Assembly: GCA_946622835.1 (NCBI GenBank)
Contig: CAMOQI010000001.1
Span: 1 to 26,297 of the forward strand
DNA length: 26,297 nt
Source of the DNA: an uncultured Candidatus Melainabacteria bacterium
GTDB taxonomy: Bacteria > Cyanobacteriota > Vampirovibrionia > Gastranaerophilales > Gastranaerophilaceae
Direction: 5' to 3'
The first letter of the stretch is position 1; every line of letters begins with the position of its first letter. The position numbers and the translations under genes are program-made. Positions 17,465 through 25,367 of the stretch are shown one piece after another. The notes beneath the pieces are model-generated. The model saw only the letters and a list, made by a program, of their open reading frames with translations, ran no database searches and was not told where the DNA came from.

Positions 17465-18271
17465 TTAGTGTATAATCATAAATGATTTTAGGACTCTACC
17501 GCCGTTATCGCCAATAGTCGAGATTACTTCTATTTTATTTTTATAATTCATTGAGGTTGAGCTGCCGCCGTCAAAACCCATAGCTCTGTCAAGACCGAGT
17601 TTTTTACACAAAGCTTGGACCTCATACATATCCATTGGATTTTCGTCTGTAATTATAAGTATGTGACACTCGTCTGTACCTTTTAATCCGATTATTGTTC
17701 TTGATGTTTTATGCAAAACCGAAGCAGACTCTCTTATTACATTACCTTCCGAATCTTTTACAACAAAACCTTCTTCTTCCAATCTTAATTCAGGATAAAT
17801 TAATGGCCCGCCCTGCGCCGAAGTTTGAAGCATACAACCAAAAGGGACTTCTGATTTATGGTTTGTTATTGCATACTCAAATTTGTTCCCGCACTGCATA
17901 ATTCTAAATTCACTGCGGTTTAAAATTTTGTTCATATTCTGTCTGAAAAAAGGATTTGCTAACAATGATGGGTTGAACATCGGATCGGCTGTTGTCATTC
18001 TATCTGTAACAACAAAAGATATTGTTTTCCCGTTTTTAGGATCAAAAAATCCGGCATTTACAGTCAATATGCCTTTACCTTTTATATGCGCTTCTCTGTT
18101 TGTTATCAAGTCTTCTGATACAACAAACTTTATTCGTTTTTTTATTTTTTCACCTTTCAATACAATATGATATATGCCGTTGTTTTTATCAATAGAAATA
18201 TTTCCGGCATTCACGGGAGAGCAAAATATAAATACAAATAACACTGATATTAATATTTTTATTAACTTCAT
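17465..18271 (-). CDS. Exported phosphodiester glycosidase (NAGPA-like) family protein
   Basis: Signal peptide MKLIKILISVLFVFIFCSPVNA, then VNAGFF, GGPLI, SRTIIGL and AMGFDGGSS motifs. Start moved to 18271, one nt after the upstream permease stop. Confidence 0.85.
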   Translation of the reverse strand: MKLIKILISVLFVFIFCSPVNAGNISIDKNNGIYHIVLKGEKIKKRIKFVVSEDLITNREAHIKGKGILTVNAGFFDPKNGKTISFVVTDRMTTADPMFNPSLLANPFFRQNMNKILNRSEFRIMQCGNKFEYAITNHKSEVPFGCMLQTSAQGGPLIYPELRLEEEGFVVKDSEGNVIRESASVLHKTSRTIIGLKGTDECHILIITDENPMDMYEVQALCKKLGLDRAMGFDGGSSTSMNYKNKIEVISTIGDNGGRVLKSFMIIH

Positions 18272-18272
18272 A

Positions 18273-19391
18273 TCATAAATCCTTTGACTTGTAAAAACCA
18301 TATATTGCAATACTGAACGCAATTATAGGAAAGACTGAGGTTATATATGGAGATAAGATTTCTTTTTCCGCCAGCAAATCAAAAAATGGCAAAGTAATAT
18401 AGTATAAGAAAATACATCCGATTGCAATTGTAAAACCAACCAGCCTTTGCTCCCTTGGTTTACTGAAACCTAATAAACAACCTAATATTGCTAATAATAT
18501 ACAAACTAACGGGTGAGTATACCTTTGAAGATATTTATTTAAAACATAACTGTATTCTTCTGAAGCGCTTTCATGTTTTAAAAGGTTCGCATAACGTTTC
18601 AATCTCGAATTTGAAATGTCACGCTCTTTCATAGCAGAATATGTCATCAAAGTATACGCATTTTTCGCATCTTTTCCTTTTAAAATATCCATTTTATTTA
18701 TTTTACTTATATCAATATAAATTCCGTCAGGCGAAATTTTATAATTAGTAACTTTTCTCAATTCCCATCTGTCTTCGTGAGCATAACCATTTTTCGCTGC
18801 ATAAATATTGGATAATTGGTGAACATCTTTATAAATGCGTGATGAAAAATCAAGAACAATAACTCCGTTTAATTTCCTGTCATACGATTTTGAAACAACG
18901 ACCGCAGCCAAAGGGTGACCTGTTGAATCCTTTTTAATATAAATATATTGAGTACTGCGAACACTGCCTAATATTGCTCGTGATTTTTCGGCGGCCATAG
19001 GTATACCTTTATCTCCGGTAATAAAACAAAAAATTGTAAAAATTACGCTAAGAACAATAACAGGAGCAATAATTCGTTTAAACGACATCCCAACAGCCCT
19101 AAATATGGTTAATTCAGAATCTTTACTCATTTTATCAAAAGTAAAAATCGTTCCCAGAAGCAAACTTACCGGAAAAGCCTTATCCAAAATCTTGGGCAAC
19201 TCGTAAAACAATAACAAAACTGCCGTTTTCATTGAATATTCACCGGCTAACGCTTCTTTTAAGGTATTCAATAAAATTTCGGGTGCTATCCAAACAATTG
19301 TAAACAAAAGCATCGCAACCATTGACGCAAGGAATACTTGTTTGAACATATATCTGTCATATACTGTTATTTTAGGAATTTGAAATTTCAT
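18273..19391 (-). CDS. LptF/LptG-family LPS export permease
   Basis: VYDRYMFKQ N-terminus, 3+3 TM layout, KMSKDSELTIFRAVG and a periplasmic beta domain. Directly downstream of lptB. Confidence 0.92.
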   Translation of the reverse strand: MKFQIPKITVYDRYMFKQVFLASMVAMLLFTIVWIAPEILLNTLKEALAGEYSMKTAVLLLFYELPKILDKAFPVSLLLGTIFTFDKMSKDSELTIFRAVGMSFKRIIAPVIVLSVIFTIFCFITGDKGIPMAAEKSRAILGSVRSTQYIYIKKDSTGHPLAAVVVSKSYDRKLNGVIVLDFSSRIYKDVHQLSNIYAAKNGYAHEDRWELRKVTNYKISPDGIYIDISKINKMDILKGKDAKNAYTLMTYSAMKERDISNSRLKRYANLLKHESASEEYSYVLNKYLQRYTHPLVCILLAILGCLLGFSKPREQRLVGFTIAIGCIFLYYITLPFFDLLAEKEILSPYITSVFPIIAFSIAIYGFYKSKDL

Positions 19392-19392
19392 A

Positions 19393-20118
19393 TTACAGTG
19401 AGAAATCCTTTCCTAAATAAAATTCTCTTGCTATTGGGTTATTGGCAACATCTTCACTCTTACCCTGAACTTTTATTTTTCCGTCAAATATTACATATGC
19501 TCTATCTGTGATAGATAACGTTGCTTTCGGATTATGGTCTGTTATAAGCACACCCAAACCTTTATCTTCCGATAATTTTCTAATATTTTCTTTAATTTCA
19601 CCGATTGCAATAGGGTCAATCCCTGTAAATGGTTCGTCCAACAAAATAAAATCCGGACTTGCCGCCAAAGCTCTTGCTAATTCCACACGCCTGCGTTCTC
19701 CGCCGGATAATGATACTGCTGTCGCTTTTCTGAGTTTTATAATCCCAAATTCTGATAATAATTCTTCCAATTTTTTTGATTTTTCCGTTTCGGTAAGCTT
19801 TTCATTCATTTGCAAAACCAATTTTATATTATCTTCAACCGAAAGACTTCTGAAACTTGAAGCCTCTTGCGGCAAATATCCAATACCTGCTCTTGCTCTT
19901 ATGTGCATTGGCCAAGATGAAATTTCTTCCCCGTTCAAAACAATATTGCCGCCATTTGGTTTAATAAGCCCTACAACCATATAAAATGTCGTTGTTTTTC
20001 CGGCTCCGTTCGGACCCAAAAGACAAACAACTTCACCTTTGTTAATGCTGAAAGTTACATCATCAACAACTTTTCTTGCACCGTATATCTTTACCAAATT
20101 ATTTGCTTCTATTTTCAT
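19393..20118 (-). CDS. lptB: LPS export ABC transporter ATP-binding protein
   Basis: GPNGAGKTTTFYM, GIGYLPQE, LSGGERRRVELARAL, LLDEPFTGIDP, LITDHN and terminal YLGKDF. Confidence 0.95.
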   Translation of the reverse strand: MKIEANNLVKIYGARKVVDDVTFSINKGEVVCLLGPNGAGKTTTFYMVVGLIKPNGGNIVLNGEEISSWPMHIRARAGIGYLPQEASSFRSLSVEDNIKLVLQMNEKLTETEKSKKLEELLSEFGIIKLRKATAVSLSGGERRRVELARALAASPDFILLDEPFTGIDPIAIGEIKENIRKLSEDKGLGVLITDHNPKATLSITDRAYVIFDGKIKVQGKSEDVANNPIAREFYLGKDFSL

Positions 20119-20191
20119 TTTATCCCCTTTGTAATTAGTTTTATTTTAACCAAAACATACTCTGAATGCAAATTTCCTTAATTCCTGTTTA

Positions 20192-20220
20192 TTTACTTTT
20201 ATTTTAGATTGATGTAACAT
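20192..20220 (+). promoter_or_regulatory. Predicted promoter of a probable leaderless licD-family transcript
   Basis: TTTACT (20192-20197), 17 bp, TAACAT (20215-20220), 6 nt, ATG. No SD. Confidence 0.5.
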
Positions 20221-20226
20221 GTTATT

Positions 20227-21132
20227 ATGAAAAAGGATAGTTTTTGGAAGTATGTATTTTCTATAGACACAAAAAGTTCAAATCGAATAATTATCTATTT
20301 TTTGGGAATAAAATTTAGGCATCTAAAATCAAAAATAAAAAATTCCGGAAATGCATTTATAAAACTTAATTGTCCGATTACCGAAATTCCTCCGGCTGTC
20401 GGAAAATTAAGACAAATTCAACTTGATAATCTTTCAGCAATGGAATTTTTTAATAATATATGCGAAAAATACGGTTTGGAATATTGGCTGGATTTTGGAA
20501 ATCTTTTAGGCGCTGTCAGACACAAAGGTTTTATCCCTTGGGACGATGATGTTGATTGTGGCATGCCCAGACAAGATTATGAAAAATTTATTGAATTCTT
20601 CCAAAATGGTTTTTCTGAAGATAATAACTATTATTTAAAATACAACAACAACGGTAAAAATAAATGTTTTGTAAAAATTTTACATAAGCAAATACCCCAC
20701 ATAGCAATAGATATTTTTCCTTATGACTTATACTATAAACGGACAAATGATGAAGAAAAAATTATCCTTACCAAACACATAAAAAAGATAATTAATACAA
20801 AATTTTACAAATTACTATACCCGTTTTTTATTAACAATCCGGAAGGTATGCGAAAAAGATTTTTTAAGCTTCGTGATGAAAAAATTTTAAATGGAAATAC
20901 GGTTGATAAAAGTACAAAACCTTCATTATTTTTCGGTATAGATTTCCCACATAATCATAAAAATTTAGTCGTTGACTATGAAACTATTTTTCCTCTGAAA
21001 AAAATTTTTTATGAAGGAAAGTATTTTTCATGTCCGAACAATGAAGATGCATTGCTAAAAGCTGAATACGGGGATTATATGGTACTTCCAAATGACTGTT
21101 ATCCCAGACATTTCAATACAGAAGAAGAATAA
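20227..21132 (+). CDS. LicD-family phosphotransferase (nucleotidyltransferase fold)
   Basis: YWLDFGNLLGAVRHKGFIPWDDDVDCGMPR, IDIFPYD and C-terminal YGDYM motifs. Confidence 0.92.
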   Translation: MKKDSFWKYVFSIDTKSSNRIIIYFLGIKFRHLKSKIKNSGNAFIKLNCPITEIPPAVGKLRQIQLDNLSAMEFFNNICEKYGLEYWLDFGNLLGAVRHKGFIPWDDDVDCGMPRQDYEKFIEFFQNGFSEDNNYYLKYNNNGKNKCFVKILHKQIPHIAIDIFPYDLYYKRTNDEEKIILTKHIKKIINTKFYKLLYPFFINNPEGMRKRFFKLRDEKILNGNTVDKSTKPSLFFGIDFPHNHKNLVVDYETIFPLKKIFYEGKYFSCPNNEDALLKAEYGDYMVLPNDCYPRHFNTEEE

Positions 21133-21133
21133 A

Positions 21134-22375
21134 TTATAATTCAAGCATCTTTACGCAATCTGCGCGATTAACGGTAACTTGTTTACCTGTTTCCAAGTTT
21201 TTTATGGAAATCTGATTTTTTGCCATTTCATCTTCTCCCAAAATTAGGGCATACTTTGCAATTTTTGATGCTTTTTCAAGCTGCTTTACAAACTTTCTGT
21301 CACCCATTTCAAAATCAACACTCAAACCCTCTCCGCGTAATTCTTCCGCTAAAATAAAAGCGTCTGTTTTGAATTTTGACACAATATATGCATCTAAAAG
21401 ATTCGGCTGTCTTTCTTCTAAAAGTGATATTAATCTTTCCATTCCCATCGCAAAACCGATTGCAGGAGTCGGGCTTCCGCCAAGTTGTTCAACAAGGTTA
21501 TCGTATCTGCCTCCGCCGCAAACTGCATTTTGAGAACCCAAATCTTTTGATTTGATTTCAAATACTGTTCTGTTATAATAATCCAAACCTCTTACAAGAA
21601 GCTTATTTTCTGCATATTTAACATTCATTTTGTCTAAATACATCTTTAGTTCTTCATAATGATTTTTACAATCATCACACAAGAAATCTGAAGTTATAAC
21701 TTTTTGTATTTCTTTTTTTTGATAAATCTTTTTACAATCCTCAACTTTACAATCCAAAAGCCTTAGCGGATTTTTTTCAAATCTTGTATTGCAATCTTCA
21801 CATAATTCATTCAAATAAGGTTGAATAACCTTTTTTAATTCATTTTTAAAATTTTCTCTACACTTCGGACAACCCAAAGAATTCAATTCAACTTCCAAAT
21901 CCGTAAGCCCCAAAGATTTTAAAAAGTTTATTGCAACAAGTATAACTTCTGCATCGACTGTAGGTTGACTAACGCCAAATACTTCCACCCCAACCTGATG
22001 AAATTGTCTTTGACGTCCTGCTTGCGGTCTTTCATATCTGAACATCGGACCTTTGTACCACAATTTTACAGGCATAGACTGTCTGTACATTCCGTTTTCT
22101 ATAAAAGAACGAACTACTCCTGCCGTATTTTCCGGTCGCAATGTTATTGAACGTTTATTCTTTTCAAAAGTATACATCTCTTTATTTACGATATCTGTGG
22201 TATCTCCAACCCCTCTTGAAAATAATTCCGTCATTTCAATTATAGGTGTTCTTATTTCTTCAAAACCGTATCGCGAAAAAACTTCCTCTGCCGTCTTTTC
22301 CACAAAATGCCACATATGCACATCCTGAGGTAATATATCTTTCGTTCCTTTTATTACTTTTAATATCTCGTTCAT
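21134..22375 (-). CDS. hisS: Histidine--tRNA ligase
   Basis: KGTKDILP, KEMYTF, LRPENTA, FRYERPQAGRQRQFHQ, RGLDYY and GGGRYD motifs plus an anticodon-binding domain. Confidence 0.97.
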   Translation of the reverse strand: MNEILKVIKGTKDILPQDVHMWHFVEKTAEEVFSRYGFEEIRTPIIEMTELFSRGVGDTTDIVNKEMYTFEKNKRSITLRPENTAGVVRSFIENGMYRQSMPVKLWYKGPMFRYERPQAGRQRQFHQVGVEVFGVSQPTVDAEVILVAINFLKSLGLTDLEVELNSLGCPKCRENFKNELKKVIQPYLNELCEDCNTRFEKNPLRLLDCKVEDCKKIYQKKEIQKVITSDFLCDDCKNHYEELKMYLDKMNVKYAENKLLVRGLDYYNRTVFEIKSKDLGSQNAVCGGGRYDNLVEQLGGSPTPAIGFAMGMERLISLLEERQPNLLDAYIVSKFKTDAFILAEELRGEGLSVDFEMGDRKFVKQLEKASKIAKYALILGEDEMAKNQISIKNLETGKQVTVNRADCVKMLEL

Positions 22376-22381
22376 AAAAAA

Positions 22382-22417
22382 ATTATATCATAAATATTTT
22401 AAAAACTATGATATAAT
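22382..22417. promoter_or_regulatory. Back-to-back divergent extended -10 promoters (hisS leaderless, gloA leadered)
   Basis: ATTATATCATA (22382-22392) and TATGATATAAT (22407-22417) form an 11-bp inverted repeat, each arm containing TG-A-TATAAT on its own strand. Confidence 0.65.
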
Positions 22418-22442
22418 CATATAAAATACTTAGGAGGTTTTT

Positions 22443-22826
22443 ATGAAATTGCTTCACACAATGATAAGAGTAAAAGATGCCGAAAAAAGTATTAAGTTTT
22501 ATACTGAACTTTTAAATATGAAATTAGACAAGAAAAAAAGGCTTGAAGATTGTTATTTATACTTTTTAACCGATGAAGACGGCACTGTTCAACTTGAATT
22601 AACGCATAATGATGAAACCCCGAAAGACGGTTATTCTTTAGGAAACGGTTTTGGTCATTTAGCTTTTTCTGTTGATTCATTGGATGAATTTAGCGAAAAA
22701 TTAAACTCTTTAGGCTACAAATATCTGTACGAACCCTTTGATCTTAACGGAAAAGGTTCTAAAATCGCATTTATACAAGATCCGGACGGTTATGAAATTG
22801 AAATGATTGAAAAGGTTGTTTGGTAG
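22443..22826 (+). CDS. gloA: Lactoylglutathione lyase (glyoxalase I, VOC family)
   Basis: LLHTMIRV, LELTHN, GNGFGHLAF and DPDGYEIE motifs. SD AGGAGG. Confidence 0.93.
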   Translation: MKLLHTMIRVKDAEKSIKFYTELLNMKLDKKKRLEDCYLYFLTDEDGTVQLELTHNDETPKDGYSLGNGFGHLAFSVDSLDEFSEKLNSLGYKYLYEPFDLNGKGSKIAFIQDPDGYEIEMIEKVVW

Positions 22827-22827
22827 A

Positions 22828-23400
22828 TTAATATTGTGCCCCAAACCAATCTAAAATCGGGCGAATTTGTCCATGATTAAATTCGTATTTTTTTGCTGTT
22901 GGACTTTCTAAAACCTTATCTATTCTTAAATTTTTCGGGTAAACATCTTCCATATCCAGTGTTTTTGTATTTTCATCATAAACATTTGCAAAATTTAATC
23001 CGTAATGAACACATCCCGGAAGCCTTACACAATCTTTTATATCATCATAATAACAAACCCCGAAAGTTCTGCAAATTATTCCGCGATATTTATATACACA
23101 ACACTCATCATTTATCAAAAACGGACATTTATGCTCAAATCTTTCGCCTGAAAAATTCTTTTTTTCTTCCAATAAGTTTTTTATATTATTTTGAACTATT
23201 ACTTTTATCTGTGCCGGAAGTTTTATATAACCATCCATCAAATATGTAAATTCTAATTGTGAAAAAGGATAATCTCCTTGCCGGCAACAAAGCGAACACC
23301 CTTTTTTGCATTTTATAAATTCTTTTTGCTTTTCAAAGATTTCTTCAATTTCAATATTGAATTCTTCCAGAAATTTTTCATAATTTTCTAATAAATTCAA
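22828..23400 (-). CDS. YkgJ-family Cys-cluster (Zn/Fe-S) protein
   Basis: CKKGCSLCC and CPFL...CCVYKYRGIICRTFG motifs. TTG start immediately after the upstream stop. Confidence 0.88.
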   Translation of the reverse strand: MNLLENYEKFLEEFNIEIEEIFEKQKEFIKCKKGCSLCCRQGDYPFSQLEFTYLMDGYIKLPAQIKVIVQNNIKNLLEEKKNFSGERFEHKCPFLINDECCVYKYRGIICRTFGVCYYDDIKDCVRLPGCVHYGLNFANVYDENTKTLDMEDVYPKNLRIDKVLESPTAKKYEFNHGQIRPILDWFGAQY

Positions 23401-23401
23401 T

Positions 23402-25096
23402 TTATTTATCCTTTGATTTTAACATTGTATAACGTCTGCCGGTTTTTATAATTTTATATTCCGCATTTTCGACATTCAATAAGTCTTTATTTTTCACAAT
23501 AACTATATTATTTTCTTTGTTTAAATCTTCTTCCAGTAATTCTTTACTTATTTCATAAGATTCGTTATAATCTGCTTTTTTATCATTGTAATATATCAGA
23601 GAATATTTTCTATGCATTCCAAAAGATGAAATTGTATAATTTTTTTCTTTTGCATATTGCGCAAATTCAATCAAATCCTGCTGCCCGAATTTATAATCTA
23701 TTTTAAAGAATTTATCCGTGGCAAAACCGGAAATAAATGCCATAAACAAAACATAACAAATAAATATTCCAATATATTTTTTATATTTTAAACATAATAA
23801 TGTGCCTATCCCAAAAGATAATAAACACACAATAGTTACTATTTTTGCATCCGAGATATCGGCGTTTAATTGAGCAGGCAAATAATATTGCGTGAAAATC
23901 GCCCCAAAACCGGCAATTGCACAAAGCCAACCAAATATTTTCACAGTTAGATTAATCGTTTTTTCATATTGTTTTTTATTTATATAATCATCCCAAAAAG
24001 AGGCTGTAATTATTGCCAACGGAAAATATACAGGGAGAATATATGTAACCAATTTTGTTGATGATGCGGAATAAAACAGCAAAATAAATAACAAACAAAC
24101 CCAACTTAATGTTAAAATTTTACCCCTATTATCTAATTTTTCAAAATCAAAAGTTTTTATCTTACTCATCAAGTCAAGGTTTTTTATATTTTTTAATTTT
24201 TGTACCAATACCCCGACAAAAGAGAAAATCCACGGTACAAAACCCCATAAAATTACAACAAAATAATAATAAAACGGTTGTTTTCTGCCGATTTCATTAT
24301 TTTCTGTATTCAAAAATCTGTGCAGATGATGTTTTACAATATATTCTTCATAAAAAAGCGGATTATGTTTAATAAACATAACAATATGCCAAGGCAATAC
24401 CGACAATAAAAATACCAATATTCCGGGTAACATATATATCGGTCTGAAATTTTCTTTAAACCTTCTTGCTATTATAGAACAGAAAAACGCTACTCCAAAC
24501 GGAACAACAAAGCCCGGTACTCCTTTTGACATAACCGCAAGTCCTGAAAATAAATAAAATAACCACCAAAAATATTTTTTATTTTTTTCCTGACAGAAAA
24601 ATGTTTGAAAATAAACAATCAACGCCAAACCTATATAAAATGTTAATACAATATCCAAAATTGCATATTTTGCAAGAATTATAAATTCTAAAGATGTTGC
24701 CAAAACCAAAGATGCAACAACCCCAAATCCTCTGTTTACAATCTTTTTAAACGTAAAATAAACTATATAAGAAAATAAAAATCCTAATAAAGCAACAGGA
24801 AATCTTGCACTCCATTCGCTAACTTTTCCCCACAGAGCAAAAGATAAACACTCTTGCCAAAAATATAGTGGCGGTTTTTCAAAGAAAAATTCACCGTTTA
24901 AAAACAGAGTCAAAAAATCCTTTGTATTATACATATCTCTTGCCATTGAAACATATCGTGTTTCATCAACATCCATCAGGGGGTATGTTCCTATTGCGTG
25001 GAAAAATACCAAATAAAAAATTATACCCAAGGTTAATATTGTTAATATCTCAATATTTTTTTCCGTTATTTTTTTTAAATTATTTAAAATCTCCAT
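23402..25096 (-). CDS. ArnT/PMT-like (GT83/GT39) lipid-carrier-dependent glycosyltransferase
   Basis: DVDETRYVSMARDM, FFEKPPLYFW, SARFPVAL, KGVPG and many TM helices. Start moved to 25096 (SD AGGAG 5 nt upstream). Confidence 0.9.
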   Translation of the reverse strand: MEILNNLKKITEKNIEILTILTLGIIFYLVFFHAIGTYPLMDVDETRYVSMARDMYNTKDFLTLFLNGEFFFEKPPLYFWQECLSFALWGKVSEWSARFPVALLGFLFSYIVYFTFKKIVNRGFGVVASLVLATSLEFIILAKYAILDIVLTFYIGLALIVYFQTFFCQEKNKKYFWWLFYLFSGLAVMSKGVPGFVVPFGVAFFCSIIARRFKENFRPIYMLPGILVFLLSVLPWHIVMFIKHNPLFYEEYIVKHHLHRFLNTENNEIGRKQPFYYYFVVILWGFVPWIFSFVGVLVQKLKNIKNLDLMSKIKTFDFEKLDNRGKILTLSWVCLLFILLFYSASSTKLVTYILPVYFPLAIITASFWDDYINKKQYEKTINLTVKIFGWLCAIAGFGAIFTQYYLPAQLNADISDAKIVTIVCLLSFGIGTLLCLKYKKYIGIFICYVLFMAFISGFATDKFFKIDYKFGQQDLIEFAQYAKEKNYTISSFGMHRKYSLIYYNDKKADYNESYEISKELLEEDLNKENNIVIVKNKDLLNVENAEYKIIKTGRRYTMLKSKDK

Positions 25097-25145
25097 AAAT
25101 TCTCCTGAAAGATTACAAAATGTAAAAGTTTTATATTTTAAGGTT

Positions 25146-25154
25146 ATTTTATCA
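25146..25154 (-). promoter_or_regulatory. Extended -10 box upstream of the ArnT-like gene
   Basis: TG-A-TAAAAT on the minus strand, about 50 nt before the 25096 start. Confidence 0.5.
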
Positions 25155-25231
25155 CAAAAAACGGGTACATGATATATGGAAACATCCATTTTCTTTTTCT
25201 TTATTTTCTCCTACACACTAACCTTTTACCG

Positions 25232-25258
25232 AAAAAAGCCGTATAAGCGGCTATTTTT
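25232..25258. terminator. Short, possibly bidirectional terminator-like hairpin
   Basis: A6-flanked AGCCG-TATAAG-CGGCT followed by ATTTTT. Confidence 0.55.
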
Positions 25259-25283
25259 ATTGCGGGGGTAAATATATCTAATT

Positions 25284-25316
25284 AAAAAAGGCGGGCAAAG
25301 CTTATCGCTTTGCCCG
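25284..25316 (-). terminator. Intrinsic terminator downstream of the 25368-26162 gene
   Basis: 10-bp stem CGGGCAAAGC/GCTTTGCCCG with a 5-nt loop, followed on the minus strand by CCTTTTTT. Confidence 0.8.
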
Positions 25317-25338
25317 TTGTTACGTTGTTATTTACCCT

Positions 25339-25358
25339 GTTGGGCTGGAAAGCCCAAC
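25339..25358. other. 8-bp hairpin in the 3' UTR of the 25368-26162 gene
   Basis: GTTGGGCT-GGAA-AGCCCAAC, 9 nt from the stop codon, with no U-tract on the minus strand. Confidence 0.65.
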
Positions 25359-25367
25359 TTACATATT

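Noticed and set aside
25097-25189. 31-aa N-terminal extension of the ArnT-like ORF, and likewise the extensions of folD, grpE and the phosphodiester glycosidase
   Set aside because: Non-homologous sequence, with better SD or promoter geometry at the downstream ATGs.
25232-25358. Known riboswitch (c-di-GMP-I, preQ1, fluoride, SAM) or SRP/6S RNA
   Set aside because: The conserved cores of these families are not recognisable by eye. GGCAAAGC here is fully paired in a terminator stem.
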